Below are positions 1-12,110 of a stretch of 64,000 nucleotides of DNA, piece after piece (positions within the stretch are counted from its first letter, which is position 1; the number at the start of each line of letters is the position of its first letter). This stretch comes from Podarcis liolepis (Eukaryota). Location of the stretch: the NCBI GenBank assembly GCA_965112155.1, contig OZ218101.1, one strand, 5' to 3'. Made by a program: the position numbers and the translations under genes. The notes below the pieces were generated by a model that saw only the letters and a program-made list of their open reading frames with translations, made no database searches and had not been told where the DNA came from.

Positions 1-255
1 AGTAAGGTAATGCAGTGGCCATGTCTACATATTCAAAATTAATCTCTATAGGGATTCTTGGAACTGTAAGACTATGAGGGGAGGAGGGGAGGATATCTAA
101 CAGAGAATTTGAAGTACCTTTATTATGATTTCCATGGTCATGACAGTTAAACTAGCACAGGACCTGATACAAGGTTGTAGCATAGATCTATGCCTAATGA
201 AAATATATTGTTCTTTGTATCTATTGTATAATCTCAGTGGATTGAAAAAGACTAC

Positions 256-344
256 AGCGCCCACCTAGGCATTTCCTCAGTAGTAAGTCCTGCTGAATTC
301 AATGGGGGCTTACTCTCAGGTAGGTGTGGACAGGATTGCAAGCC
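256..344. repeat. Short (~90 bp) degenerate palindromic interspersed repeat (MITE-like), representative copy
   Basis: Core AGTAAGnCCnnTGAATTCAATGGGnCTTACT with self-complementary ends; related copies near 10195, 15112, 19200, 23390, 27195, 36300, 41335, 42095, 59760, 63438. Confidence 0.6.
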
Positions 345-1474
345 ACTGAACAGAAAATGATTTTCCTTACTGAGTGCCTTTAACAGAATATCCCAGTCTA
401 TAGATTATTGTCTGGGTATATATATTCTACACACACAGGAGATCAAAATTAAAACTTAATTTTGCAATGGAATTATGCATTCTTTTTTAAAGCTTTGCAT
501 GCTTTAATCTGCCTTCCAAAGACTCTCTATTATATGGTTTTTTCCCAAACCTGATGGAGAGGATAAGAAAACAAAGCGAAGTTCTATGGTTTAGAGTCAG
601 CCTCTAGGGTCATAGGAACAGGAGACAGGCAGCCAGCTACCTGTAGTGATCCCACCCCCACAAGAACACACTATGCAGAACCATTTTCCTTTATGACTTT
701 TTTCAGCCACACTGTGCAAGGCTTCTCCAGAACATTCTTTAAACACCATTACCATGCAAAATCTCAGATTGACTCTTGGATGCACTCAGTACACACAGTC
801 CCCAACTTCTGTACAACTTTCAGAGCCCAGTACTGCAAATATATACAAACATATATATATTCTTCACATGCACAGCAATTTACTTGAAAGCATTTTTTCC
901 CATGCATGCATTTTTAAAAATTGTTTATAGGGCTCATGGATAACACAAGCTCTAACAACAGCTAAAGAGCAAAGTAATGGGATGGAATGAATATGGGGCA
1001 AACTCTATATTGTATGCATGTTGTAATAACGAAAACGTTTTTTGAAAAATGGAAATTTATTTTGGGAGGCTGAGTGACAAAGAAAGGGAAGTTTAATAGG
1101 ACTGTGCTTGTCCCTCTCCTGATATAATTTGGGACCCGATTCTGCACTTTAGAGCAGCTCTGATCCAACCTGGGATGATCTAAGCCTGATGCAACACAGG
1201 TCCAGAGAATTGGGGGCCTCACAATGTTTAATCAGGATTTTAAACCTTAAGGGTGGGATGAATGCCACACTATGGTGAATGACTGGTCAATGCAAACATT
1301 GCAGCTGGAACTATCTCACCTTCCCTTCCCTTCTGCACTATTCTCGGTTATTCCCAGACAGGCCACCAGCCGCCAGTTATGGGGGGGGGCACAAGGGGAG
1401 GAGAGGGGAGAAAGCCCCATTGTGCAAGCAGTTGTCCTTGGACAGGGCTTCTACTCATGGGGCTTGTGTTAGGT

Positions 1475-1581
1475 CAGGCATGGCCTAACCTGGCCCTCCC
1501 GCTGTTTTGGGACTACAACTCCCACCATCCCTAGCTAACTGAACCAGTGGTCAGGGATGATGGGAACTTTGGCCATGCCTG
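1475..1581. mobile_element. Non-autonomous hAT MITE, internally deleted copy
   Basis: TIR caggcatggcc...ggccatgcctg; perfect 8-bp TSD tgttaggt (1467-1474, 1582-1589); same family as 6898-7032. Confidence 0.85.
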
Positions 1582-2166
1582 TGTTAGGTGACTCCCACCC
1601 TAATTAAGCATGTGGGGAGGAGCGTAAGGGAGGAGGAGATGCACCCTTTCTCTCTTCGCTGTCTAACCATCCTCCCTTTTGACAGTGCCAGATCACTCCA
1701 GGTGGACCCAGTCTGACCTGAGCCTGCTCAAACCCACCCTGGCTGAATCACTGTCCACCCCAAATTGACTTGGTTTGGTTTGGGTTCAAGGATTCAGTTG
1801 TACTGGTTGCACATCCCTAATGCTTCACCCTTTCCCCACCAGATGTTTTCCCACCCCAAATCACTCTGTTCAAACTGCGTTTTTATCTGCAGAATTCCAA
1901 CAATCTTCTGGAATTACCTAACTACCACCTTTGCCCTTTGTTCTTCTCAAAATTGTAGCACCCTAATGCAGCTTTCCATTTATTTTTTTTAAACTGTTGT
2001 GCTTGGTTACCATTTATATTATGTTTTTAATTCACTGCATCCCATAAGCTCAGAGCAGAGAGCTTCTCTTTGAGGAGCAAAATTTGTCAGTAATAAAACA
2101 TTTGAATATATGCAATTTTTAAATAGCCATAAAAATCAAGTCCTGTTCATCCTCGGCAGCTAGATA

Positions 2167-2406
2167 CAGTGGTACTTCGGTTTACGAACTTAATCCGTTC
2201 TGGAAGTCCATTCTTAAACCAAAGTCGTTCTTAAACTGAGGCGCGCTTCCCTAATGAGGCCTCCCGCCGCCGGTGCCTTTCCACCGTTTGGGTTCTGTTC
2301 TTAGACCGAGGTCAAGTTCACAAACCGGGACACTACTTCCGGTTTTGCAGAGTTTGTAGACCAACTAGTTAGTAAACAGGGCTGTTCTTAAACCAAAGTA
2401 CCACTG
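2167..2406. mobile_element. Tc1/mariner (Tigger-like) MITE
   Basis: ~23-bp TIRs cagtggtacttcggtttacgaac / gttcttaaaccaaagtaccactg flanked by TA. Confidence 0.85.
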
Positions 2407-3974
2407 TAGTTGATAAAGCAGAAGGATCTTAGAGACATCAGAAAGTACATTCTCAGGAACCATTCTCATGGCTGTGATATTTAGCAGTTACATCATTTGT
2501 ATACAAATAGCTATGTGCAGCCCATAAAGTGTTTGGGGAATAGAACAGATTGTGTGCATTCCATTAAGTGGATAGAGGACTAATCTCTGTTCCCTGTGTG
2601 ACAGTGTTGGATCCAGATTAGTTACGCTTAGCGGAGTCTCATGGGAATGAATGGTTCTCATGTTATTCATAGTGAACTTGTCTCACTTATTTCAGCAGGT
2701 CTCATCTAAGGGAAGTGTAGTTTGTTAAGGGTGCTGAAAGTTGTTCGGAGGCTCCTCTTCCCCTCCCAGAGTTCCTTGGGAAGAGGAATTGATTGTTAAG
2801 CCAACTGTCAGGACCCTCAACAAACTACAGTTCCAAGAATTATTTGAGGGAAGCCATGACTGTTTAAAGTGGTATGATACTGCTTTAATTGTATAGTGCA
2901 GCTGGGGCTTAAGCCTGGGGCCAACACATAATGTTTACATAGTAAAGGAATGAATATATTTTAGTTCTCTCACTCATTGTTCTTCATAATTTAAGAACCA
3001 TCCCTAATAGTGAAAGAATTAGCACGTTTGAAGCAAAATCTTTCCAAGCATACTAATTATTTTTCTCAAACTAACATTGCTTCAGATCTCAAACAGCCTG
3101 ATTTAGAGTAACCTTCTTGAGATCATTTCTGCTCTTCCCGTTAGCAGCTGGGGTCCAAATTCATCATTGTGGAGCTATATTGGTTCATCTACCAGTGTGG
3201 TGAAATGCAAAGGACACAACTCCACCTCTCTCCATTTCCTTCCTCCTTTGCTAGACTGGCCTTAGAGCGTCCTCAGGAAGTGAATGGCTTTAGCTGCTAC
3301 ACTGCTGCACCCTTTTCTTCCCAGTTCTTGAATCGTTCTGCTCTCTTTGTATCAGCCTTTGGAGAAAAAATAGAGAATGGCAGGTAAAACGTAAGCATCT
3401 GTCTCTTTGGCATGCTGGCTAGCAATCTGATTCAGGACTGAGTCCTATATTACGTTGGTGGTGTGTTGTTGTGGCTGAAAAGATAAACTGTGGGAGTGCT
3501 GCTCCCTGCGCTGTTTGACAAATGGCACCCGTTTGTTTTCTTTCTGGCAACCATTGATGCTGCCAGTGTAACCTGAGCATTGTCTAATACTTTTTGACTT
3601 CCTATTGCATGCGTTGACCAAGGATGCTGGAATTTTTGTTATGCACTAGCATGGTTTCCTTTGCTTTTTGCATTAGTGTATGGTCCTTTGGATCTCAGCC
3701 GCTTCCTGCATGCTTCCTCCTTTGGCCTTTCCAGCACCAGAGCTCCCATGTCGGTTGGGTCAGAGCTTCAGAGGAACCAGGGGCTTTGGAGAGGTAGGCT
3801 GTGACACTGGAGCTCCCTCTCTGGCCCTGAAGCTTTATTTCCAGCTTCGGAGATGATGATCTAATTGATCCTCGGGTCCCTAGGACACCCTCCCAGGGGC
3901 CATCAGATTGAACCCTGAGTCAATATATTTGCCCAACAACTATTGTTAATCTATGTAATATTTTCCTTTTGCAG

Positions 3975-4043
3975 TTAGCCAAGATCTTATAAAATTTCAT
4001 CCTAAGCAACAATACTGCTTGACTTCCGAATGCATCGAAGCTG
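3975..4043 (+). CDS. PHEX: PHEX coding exon (human exon 2 equivalent), 69 nt
   Basis: ttttccttttgcag|TT AGC CAA...GAA GCT G|gtaagt; encodes SQDLIKFHPKQQYCLTSECIEA, matching human [22 protein letters not shown] with both cysteines; phase 1/1. Confidence 0.95.
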
Positions 4044-4486
4044 GTAAGTGGCGTATGTTCTTTTTTTGTATTGTACTCAAAGCACATTGGTATGGAGAAA
4101 CATTGAATGCTTATGTGCTCTGGTAGCTTTAATAAACTGTCTTGTGCTTTGAAAATCAACATCTAAGTAAGCCATTTATGTTAAATCAGCAATGCCGAGA
4201 CCATTAGCAGAGTTCTGATGGATCAGACCAAAGGTTTCTCTAATTCAGAATTGTGTTTCCAAGCCAGGTTGTTTTGGGAAGACCACAAGACTGTAGCTCT
4301 AGCTATGGAGTTAGAGATATTGCCTGGTGGGCAAAGGCCTAATGAAGATGCCCTAATGAAGTGCTTCAGGCCTAACTAGATGAAATCTCTGATAGGATCT
4401 TCTGGAGTCTTATTTCTTTGGTTAAAAGCAGCCAAGGGGCCCCAGTTTGGATTGGGGCATAGCTCTGGGAGACAGTAGGGTTTTAT

Positions 4487-4668
4487 GAACCTAGGAAGCT
4501 GCACTGAGTCAGACCACTGGCCCATCTAACCCAGTATTGCCAGAGTTGCAGTAGGTCTCCAGGATTTCAGACAGGAGTCTCTTCCAGCTATACCTGGAGA
4601 TGCCAGGGGCTGAACCCAGGACAATTCTGCTTGCAAACCAGATGCTGACCCACTGAGCTGTGGCCCTT
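4487..4668 (-). mobile_element. tRNA(Ala)-headed SINE
   Basis: Minus strand begins gggccacagctcagtggg...tttgcaagcag...ggttcagcccctggcatctcca (tRNA A/B-box-like); related copies at ~17110-17285, 44255-44540 and 52151-52215. Confidence 0.65.
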
Positions 4669-4917
4669 TCTCCCCAGGCTATTTACCATACTTAAATCTT
4701 CCACTGAAGCTGGTGGAAGAGAGAAGCAACATGGAGGAGGCAAAAGACAGATACAATATGAGCATTTGGCTTCTGCTCCTCCAAGGCTTACAAGAGCTTC
4801 AGAAAGTGGGGGCGATTTCCATTGTGGAAATAGCACAGGAATAACAGATTAACCCTGGAGCCCTGATCAAAAATAGGAGGCATCTGGGCTGCTTTTTAAT
4901 TAAAGAAAAAAGGCTAT

Positions 4918-5152
4918 GGTCACAGCCACACATTTAAAGCACTCTTATGTGACTTTAACAGGCATGGGTTCCCCCAAAGAATCCTGGCAACTTATGTTTT
5001 TTAATAGTGTTGGGAATGGGAGCTGTGTGAGGTGTCTTCTAATGATTGTCAGCACCCTTAAAAAACTATAGTTCCCACCCAAGATACTTTGGGGTGGTCA
5101 CGGCTGTTAAAGTGGTAAAAGAGAGCTTTAAAGCTATGGTGCGGAGATGACC
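4918..5152. mobile_element. Degenerate palindromic MITE
   Basis: Imperfect inverted ends ggtca...atttaaagc / gctttaaa...tgacc with internal inverted arms; related pieces at ~20-195, 2705-2910 and 47250-47335. Confidence 0.5.
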
Positions 5153-5194
5153 CGATCTCCCCCAACTCTTAATACAGCTTTCAGAATTTCTGCC

Positions 5195-5400
5195 TCAGAT
5201 TGCCTACTTGAGAGAAAATCAACAGCATGTTCATGGAATCTGGAGGCAACGGGAATTAGTGAGGCTGTTTGGGATTTAGATGGTGATTGTGGTCAAGGGA
5301 AGGCTTTTTTCAGAATGGAGGAGACGGTGGTATGTTTGAACACAGCAGGGAAGGAGCCAGAGGAACCAGGTAGGTAGAAGGATGGGGAGAAATCAAAGCA
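5195..5400 (-). mobile_element. Ancient L2 LINE reverse-transcriptase fragment
   Basis: Minus strand reads SGSFPAVFKHTTVSSILKK followed by a degenerate PSLD...HAV segment, like the L2 SGxFPxxFKHAxVxPILKKPSLD motif. Confidence 0.6.
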
Positions 5401-5505
5401 GGGAGGTGGTAACTAGGAGGGAAACCACAGGGTTTTTCCCTCTCTTTAGTACAGTAATGTGTAACACCTGAAGAAGTTTTTGTTAAATTATGTGGCTCTT
5501 TTCAG

Positions 5506-5667
5506 CTGCTGCAATCAGAAGCAAATTAAATACATCTGTGGATCCCTGTGATGATTTCTTTCGGTTTGCCTGTGAAGGGTGGATACAGAATAACCCAATT
5601 CCTGAAGATTCATCAAATTATGGAATCTATCCATGGCTGAGGCACAATGTGGACCTCAAGTTGAAAG
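5506..5667 (+). CDS. PHEX: PHEX exon 3 equivalent, 162 nt
   Basis: ctcttttcag|CT...TTG AAA G|gtaggt; [52 protein letters not shown]; M13 DPCxxFxxFACxGW motif. Confidence 0.98.
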
Positions 5668-5906
5668 GTAGGTGACTCCTTTCTTGAAAGCTTCCTGCAC
5701 TTCCTCATCCTTGTTGTTGTTGTTGTTGCTTACCTTCAGCTTGAATAGGGTATTCCTTGATAAAAATGCACTTGGGTGAAAATAAGAGGATATCAGAGCT
5801 GGTCATTGTATAAAATAGAAAAAAAACACACAAATAGGACTAGGTATGGCCAATAATCTGCCTGAAAACTCAAATGCTATTTCCAGGCATGGGGAATAGA
5901 GTTATG

Positions 5907-6081
5907 CAGTGCTTCCCCCCCCCCCCAAATGTTTAGGAATACTCTCATTTTGACTCAAGAAAATCACCATTTTATAGTTCAAATCAGAAAAAATAAATAC
6001 AGCAAACGGACAAAAGTACAAAGATTCACAAAATGTTTAGGGGTATGCGTACCCCTGCATACCCCCAGAAAAAAATCACTG
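5907..6081. mobile_element. hAT MITE
   Basis: Ends cagtg...cactg; 8-bp TSD gagttatg/gaattatg (7/8 match). Confidence 0.7.
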
Positions 6082-6897
6082 GAATTATGCATGCAAGTTT
6101 CACTCCCAGTGTCCCCATAGGTACTGCCCTACATGCTTAGTTTCTGATCTTCTCCACGTTGAGCTGGGGTGGTCTTTAGGAGACTTTTCCTTGCATTGAC
6201 TTAAATGAAAGTTGGAATACTCTGAATGATCTGAGACCATTCTTTATCAGGGTTCCCAATTGTGTGGAAGTGTCTAGTCACGTTCAAGCAAATACAAGAA
6301 ACAGCCCACTGCAGGCCTAGCCAGCACGGCAAAGGGAAGTTCAAGGACTGCAATGTGTATGATGATCCTGGGTTACCCACACTTTGAGCATTTGCATGTT
6401 CAGGTGCTTGAAAACACCTATTTCATCCACCTTCCTTCCTATATGACACAAAATGACAAAATGAATGGCTATGGTCCATCAATATATGTGCTACATTCAA
6501 CCACTATACCATTCTGGTGAATGTTTATCTTGTGGGGGCAGGGCAAGTGCCCCTACCCTGACTTTTGGAGGGAAACAATATTTATTTAATTTGTTTGGGA
6601 AAACCACTTGTATGCCATCTTTCGCATCACTTAACACCAAGGCGGTTTGCGGAACAATAAAAGCAAACGGCGTATAACAAAGTATAAGAATTTCCTAAGT
6701 ACGCAGCAACAAAACATCAGCTAGAGCAGCTAGAAATCCCAGGAATTAGTATTAACAGAGAAAGCGGTATGTTTTAATTGTAATGGGAAACACCCAGCAA
6801 TCAGTGCCCGCCTGATCTCTACAGGAAAATCTTTCCACATGGTAGCCCTTCTCCAGGCCATTGTACAGTATAAAATATACATCTGAAGAAAATACAA

Positions 6898-7032
6898 GAG
6901 GCATAGGCAAATTGGCCCTCCCGCTGTTTTGGGACTACAACTCCCATCATCCCTAGCTAATAGGACTAGTGGTCAGGGATGATGGGAATTGTGGTCACAA
7001 AACATCTGGAGGGTCGAGTTTGCCTATGCCTG
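6898..7032. mobile_element. hAT MITE (~135 bp, hairpin-forming)
   Basis: TIR (g)aggcataggcaaa...tttgcctatgcctg; TSD aaatacaa/aaatacag; internal gggactacaactcccatcatccc...gggatgatgggaattgt. Confidence 0.8.
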
Positions 7033-7351
7033 AAATACAGCCATTTTTCAGGGAACAGCTTCATGTAGTGATTTTCAGAATCGCCACCGGCTACACTTGT
7101 TATTACTAGCAGTTCTATACATATATGAACAATTTGTACACCATGTAACACATTCACAACCTTTTTTTTTTTTACGTCTGCAGGCATGGTACAGTTTTCA
7201 GGCTTTCCTCTATTGTTGGTAGTGACTGTTTTGGTTTATAAGTTGTATAGAAAATAATTGTGCAAACTACACATTTGTAATTTATGCAGTTCATACAAGT
7301 GGGGGAATCCAGCTCTTCTGGGTGCATAGCATGCTCATAATCCACATCCTG

Positions 7352-7629
7352 CAGTGGCATAGGTAGCCGCTCAGGTGCCCAGGGCGGTGCATGCATTCTG
7401 CAGCTGGGGGCGGAACGAGCCAAGGCAGGGGCCTCTCCGCAGCCTCCCCCTCAGCTGTAGGGCGGCTGAGGTGGTGGGCAGACGCAAGCCCCATGCTCGA
7501 AAAAGCAGAACAGAGCTTGCAGGCAGTTCACCCACCACCTCCTGCTCAGGAGAGACGCGTGGTTCAGGCATGCTGCAGGCCCCGTGGTGTGACACCCAGT
7601 GCCCCCCACCTCACCTAGCTACGCCTCTG
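7352..7629. mobile_element. GC-rich non-autonomous DNA transposon (hAT-like termini)
   Basis: Ends cagtggcatagg...gctacgcctctg, similar to termini of the 20746-21696 element; TSD not recognisable. Confidence 0.55.
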
Positions 7630-7757
7630 GATTAGGCAGATTCATGGAGGAGAGGGCTGTCGAAGGCTACTAACCATAAAAGCTGTGCTCTGCCTACAAA
7701 GTTGGAGGCAGAAATGCTTCTGGTTTCTGGAAATCACTTGAGGGGAGAGTGTTCCTG
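7630..7757 (+). mobile_element. CR1 LINE 3' region fragment
   Basis: ggattaggcagattcatggaggagaggg...ggctacta...gttggaggcag, the reverse complement of the CR1 copy at ~16090-16180. Confidence 0.6.
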
Positions 7758-7899
7758 CAGTGGTGTAGGAAGAGGTGTGCGGTGGGTGTGGGAGTTATTT
7801 CCCCCCCCCAACTCATATTTTTCCCATTTTGTCACCCCCCCCCCAGTGATGACACTGGGGGCGGACTACACCCACCGCACCTCCCTTCCTACACCACTG
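7758..7899. mobile_element. hAT-like MITE with ~30-bp TIRs
   Basis: cagtggtgtaggaagaggtgtgcggtgggtgt ... acacccaccgcacctcccttcctacaccactg; flanks tgttcctg/catccctg are compatible with a CpG-decayed 8-bp TSD. Confidence 0.7.
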
Positions 7900-10424
7900 C
7901 ATCCCTGGTCTCAGTATTGTGAAAGAATCAGAACATTTAACTGAGAAGAGTGGTGCAAGTTTTGAGAACTGTGTGGTGTCTATCCTTTCATAATTTTTCT
8001 TCAGCTTGTTTATTTGAAATGTGAGTATTTTAGCAGACAGGTCAAATCTAGGTGCTTAGGTGTTCAATTATCTGTCACCAAGAGAACTGTTTTGAGGAAT
8101 GTCTGCATGTTTGGAGGAAAAAATAGCCTGGGGTGGAAGTGTGTAGGAAGCAAGATATTTTCATTTGAATGTTCTTTTCTTTATGTTGGATTTTACTGCA
8201 AAACCATCTCAGTGGGCAGCCACACAGAACCGCAGAGGAAAGGGAAAGAAAAAAAAAACATTACTCTTATTTTTAAGCAGCAATGTCAGGCTTCTATGAT
8301 GAGAATGACATTTAACAACAGAACAAAAAAAATGGGCAATTATTAATGACAATATAATAGATGGCATTTACCATAGGGCATTGCCTATGCAGAGCCATTC
8401 CCACTCTGGGGACATATCATATCGGTATACATTGCAAATGAGGGCCAAACTAGACCAGGCTGGCACCAGGGGGTGGAATTATTGGGCTCAGCAGGGCCCC
8501 ACTTCTAGAGGCTGAAGTGCTTGGGCCCTGCTCCTGGCTGCCACTGCCTGTTCCCTCTCTATGCAAGTGAGCAGTGAGCGGAGAACAAACAAGGAGAAGG
8601 ACTCTGCTTACCTTCTTGTCTCTGTCTGGGTGCCTTTGTGGAATGGGCCCACGCAGAAAACACAAATGGGTAGCATGAAGAAGGTGGGCCTGCACTAGGA
8701 AGGAGCATCTTGCATAAGGACTTCCTAGAATTCTGGAGCTGGAACTAATGTGAGACCTAATGGGGCAGACTTCTACATTGCTACTACTGATCAATTTGCA
8801 TACCAAAGGTCCCAGGGCAGTTTCAGCCTATGTGAACAAGTAATTTGACCCAGCACAAGGCCGCATCCTGTATTCCCATGAAATGCAGTGGCAAGGGTTG
8901 AACTGGAGAGGGGAGTGAAACGCTTTCCTGCTTTAAGTTACCTCCCAACCTTATACTGAGGCTGGATCTGAGATGGGCTGGGAGAAATTTGCATAAAGTA
9001 ATGGGTCCCAGCAAGGCAAGGCAGTGACTCATCATGAACACTCCCCTTGTTCTCTTATAATGGCAATGGCACCCACCTGAGAGGTGTCGGAACGGAGTTC
9101 CGGCTGAACACCCCCCCCCCAACACACTTGCTTACTGTCCCCTGATTTCTAGCTTGGCCCTGTGGTGTGAGTCCGTAATGATTCTAGTAGTTGCACTGTG
9201 CCCACTTCAATTCTCTTGTGTGGTTGGGGTCAGCTTCAGAGGTTCACTGTGTATCCACCTGTGAGAGTCATTAGGCTGGTGGGCATGAGAGATGGGCAGA
9301 CAATTGGTTCATCTGCACTGGGTGCCGAGCCGAGAGGGTGCTTCAGGGGACGTTACAACAAACAACGGAAGACAAGGGGCAGTGGGGGTGCGAGGGTGGG
9401 ACATGCTGAATTTTAGCATTGCCCAGGATGTCACTGAAATTTTAAAGCCTGAACTCCACCCCTGGGATAGGGCCTCCTTAGCATTGCCTCCCCACATGTG
9501 GAACTCTTTTCCAGTTGAGATAGGGAAGGCCCCATCTGGATTTCTTGATATTGTCTTACCAAAAAAAACCCCACAACCCAAGCACACCTTCAGGCATGCA
9601 TATGAGCTTGGAGAATTGGAGATATGTGGAAGAAGTTTCTACTTTAGCTTTAGTCTCCAGATCAGTTCATGTATTGCCAATAAGCTGAGGGAAGGAAAAT
9701 GACACGTGCATCACCCTTTTCCCATGAGTCCCAGACCAGGAGCTCAAGTCTCACTTCACAGATTACAGTGGAATTAGAGGAATAAAAAGTGCAAGGATTG
9801 TGCCCCCTTGCCTCTCGGTAACTTATGAACCTGCCCCTGTAGGAATGCAACAAGAGGAGCATTCCAATAGTAAAAATAATTGGGATGTTTCTGCCCTCTT
9901 GGAACCCTTTATATCACAGTCCTGCAAATGGTTCAGCTGCTGGCCTGCATTTCCATTAGTTGCTTTATTGTGAAATCTTTCTCGCATGAAAGAAAACCGC
10001 CCATCTTTTAAACGGTGACATTAAAAGCCATTTTAAAAGTTGTTTATAATTCTTTTAGAATCACAGCCATAAAAAGTTAAGTGTAGCAATATGAGAAACA
10101 AGGACTGCCATGGTTTTTCCACATGTAATTGTTCTGCAGCTGCAGTCAGATGTTTATGAAACTTTTTACCCAGCCTAACCCTATTTTTTTCATGAGGCTC
10201 CAATCCTATGCATATTTACTTTGTAAGCCCATCTGAATGCAATGATATTTTTGATATTTTATATGCGCTGGATGAAGGATAAGAAACTATTCTCAGGATG
10301 AGGGAGAAATTTGATGCCCTTTGCATATCAAGATGAATCTACCTATTTTGCAATTTCCAAAACTATACACAAAATGAAACAACAGCTGTCCTCATTTGTA
10401 CTTATTTTGCAAGACAGTTCTACA

Positions 10425-10426
<2 letters not shown>

Positions 10427-10481
<55 letters not shown>

Positions 10482-10830
10482 TAATTTATACCCCACCCAT
10501 CTGGCTGGGCTTCCCCAGCCACTCTGGGCGGCTTCCAAAAAAAATATTAAAATACTGTAATACATCAAACATTAAAAGCTTCCCTAAACAGGGCTGCCTT
10601 CAGATGTCTTCTAAAAGTCTGGTAGTTGTTGTTCTCTTTGACATCTGGTGGGAGGGCGTTCCACAGGGAGGGCGCCACTACCGAGAAGGCCCTCTGCCTG
10701 GTTTCCTGTAACTTGGCTTCTCGCAGTGAGGGAACCGTCAGAAGGCCCTCGGTGCTGGACCTCAGTGTCCGGGTAAAACGATGGGGGTGGAGATGCTCCT
10801 TCAGATATACTGGACCGAGGCTGTTTACAG
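10427..10830 (-). mobile_element. L2 LINE 3' end (5'-truncated) with (TAA)n tail at ~10427-10484
   Basis: ORF2 C-terminus LGPVYLKEHLHP...RTLRSS...QRAFSVVAPSLWNALP...FRRHLKAALFREAF; tacag on both sides; splits an older AT-rich repeat (~10297-11020). Confidence 0.9.
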
Positions 10831-11124
10831 CTAGGTAATGTACACAAAAATGTACACAAAAATGCATAGACTACAATGTGTGTAAAAATTAGTGAAAATA
10901 ACAAAAATGTGTGCTATTAGGGGAAATGGCTTTGTAAAAATGTGTATATTAGGCAAAATTGCATTAATATGCGTATTTTAGGAGAAATTCACACTTAACA
11001 TGCTGATGAATTTTCATGTTTTAAAAGCTTCACTGATTTTATCTGTTTTAATGATGATGTTTTATATGTGTGTGTTTTAATTGTTTTGTGGCTTTATCTA
11101 CAAATTTATTTGTATAGGAAATAT

Positions 11125-11776
11125 ATTATTTATACCCCACCCATCTGGCTGGGTTTCCCCAGCCACTCTGGGCTGCTGACAGCAAATAGTAGAACATCAA
11201 GCATTGAAAACTTCTCGATACAGGGCTGAATTTGGATGTCTTCTAAAAGTTGGGTAGTTTTTTATCTCCTTGGCAACTGAAGGGAGGGTGTTCCACAGTG
11301 AGAGAACCAGCAGAAGACCCTCAGAGGAGGACCTCAGTCCTGAGCGATGGGCGTGAAGACACTCCTTCATGTATACTGGGCCAAGACCATTTAGGGCTTT
11401 AAAGGTCAGCACCAACACTTTGAATTGTGCTCTGAAACGTACTGGGAGCTAGTGAAGATCCTTTAGGACCGGTGTTATATGGTCCTGGCAGCTACTCCCA
11501 GTCACCAGTCTAGTTGCCACATTCTGGATTGATTGTAGTTTCCGAGTCACCTTCAAAGGTAGCCCCAAGTAGAGCTCATTGCAGTAGTCTAAGTGGGAGA
11601 TAAATTGAGCATGCACCACTCTGGCGAGACAGTCTGCAGGCAGGTAGGGTCTCAGCCGGCGTACCAGATGAAGCTGGTAGACAGCTGCCTGGACAAAGAA
11701 TTGACCTGTGCCTTCATGGACAGCTGTGAGTCCAAAATGACTCCCAGGCTGCGCACCTGGTCTGTGCACCTGGTCT
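11125..11776 (-). mobile_element. L2 LINE 3' fragment, frameshifted
   Basis: DQVRSLGVILDSQLSM / YQLHLVRRLRPYL...SHLDYCNELYLGLPLKVTRKLQSIQNVATRLVTG...HITPVLKDLH / LVLTFKALNGLGPVY; same 3' tail as the 10427 copy. Confidence 0.9.
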
Positions 11777-12110
11777 CGTCCCCCCGCCTGCCTCCCTGTC
11801 CCCCCCAAAACAGTACTACTTTCTTCCCCTCTCTCCCCGGACCCCTTTTGAACCAAGGGGCGGCAACGGGGAGAAGCGATTCTCCCCGCTGCCCCTTCCC
11901 TTGCTTTAAAACAAGGCCCTTCCCTTGCTTTAAAACAGGTCCGGGGACAGAGGGGAAGGCGCTTCCCCTCTGTCCCCGGGCGGTCTCCATAGGAACGCAT
12001 TGATTGATTTTCAATGCATTCCTATGGGAAACCGTGCTTTGCAGGACGAAAAACTCGCAAGAAGAAAAAACTTGCGGAATGAATTAATTTCGTCTTGCGA
12101 GGCACCACTG
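11777..12110. mobile_element. Tc1/mariner MITE, right part only
   Basis: Right TIR ttcgtcttgcgaggcaccactg+TA, identical to that of the 24265-24612 element; left TIR absent. Confidence 0.75.

Noticed and set aside
1-3974. PHEX exon 1 or promoter
   Set aside because: No segment encoding the MEAETG-like N-terminus plus hydrophobic anchor and ending in a phase-1 donor was found; it presumably lies upstream of the window.
4590-4668. tRNA-Ala gene
   Set aside because: Degenerate and fused to a SINE body, so it is a SINE head; the same applies to 43793-43865.
11449-12014. 183-aa and 120-aa ORFs as host genes
   Set aside because: Chimeric read-through of MITE sequence into decayed L2 ORF2.
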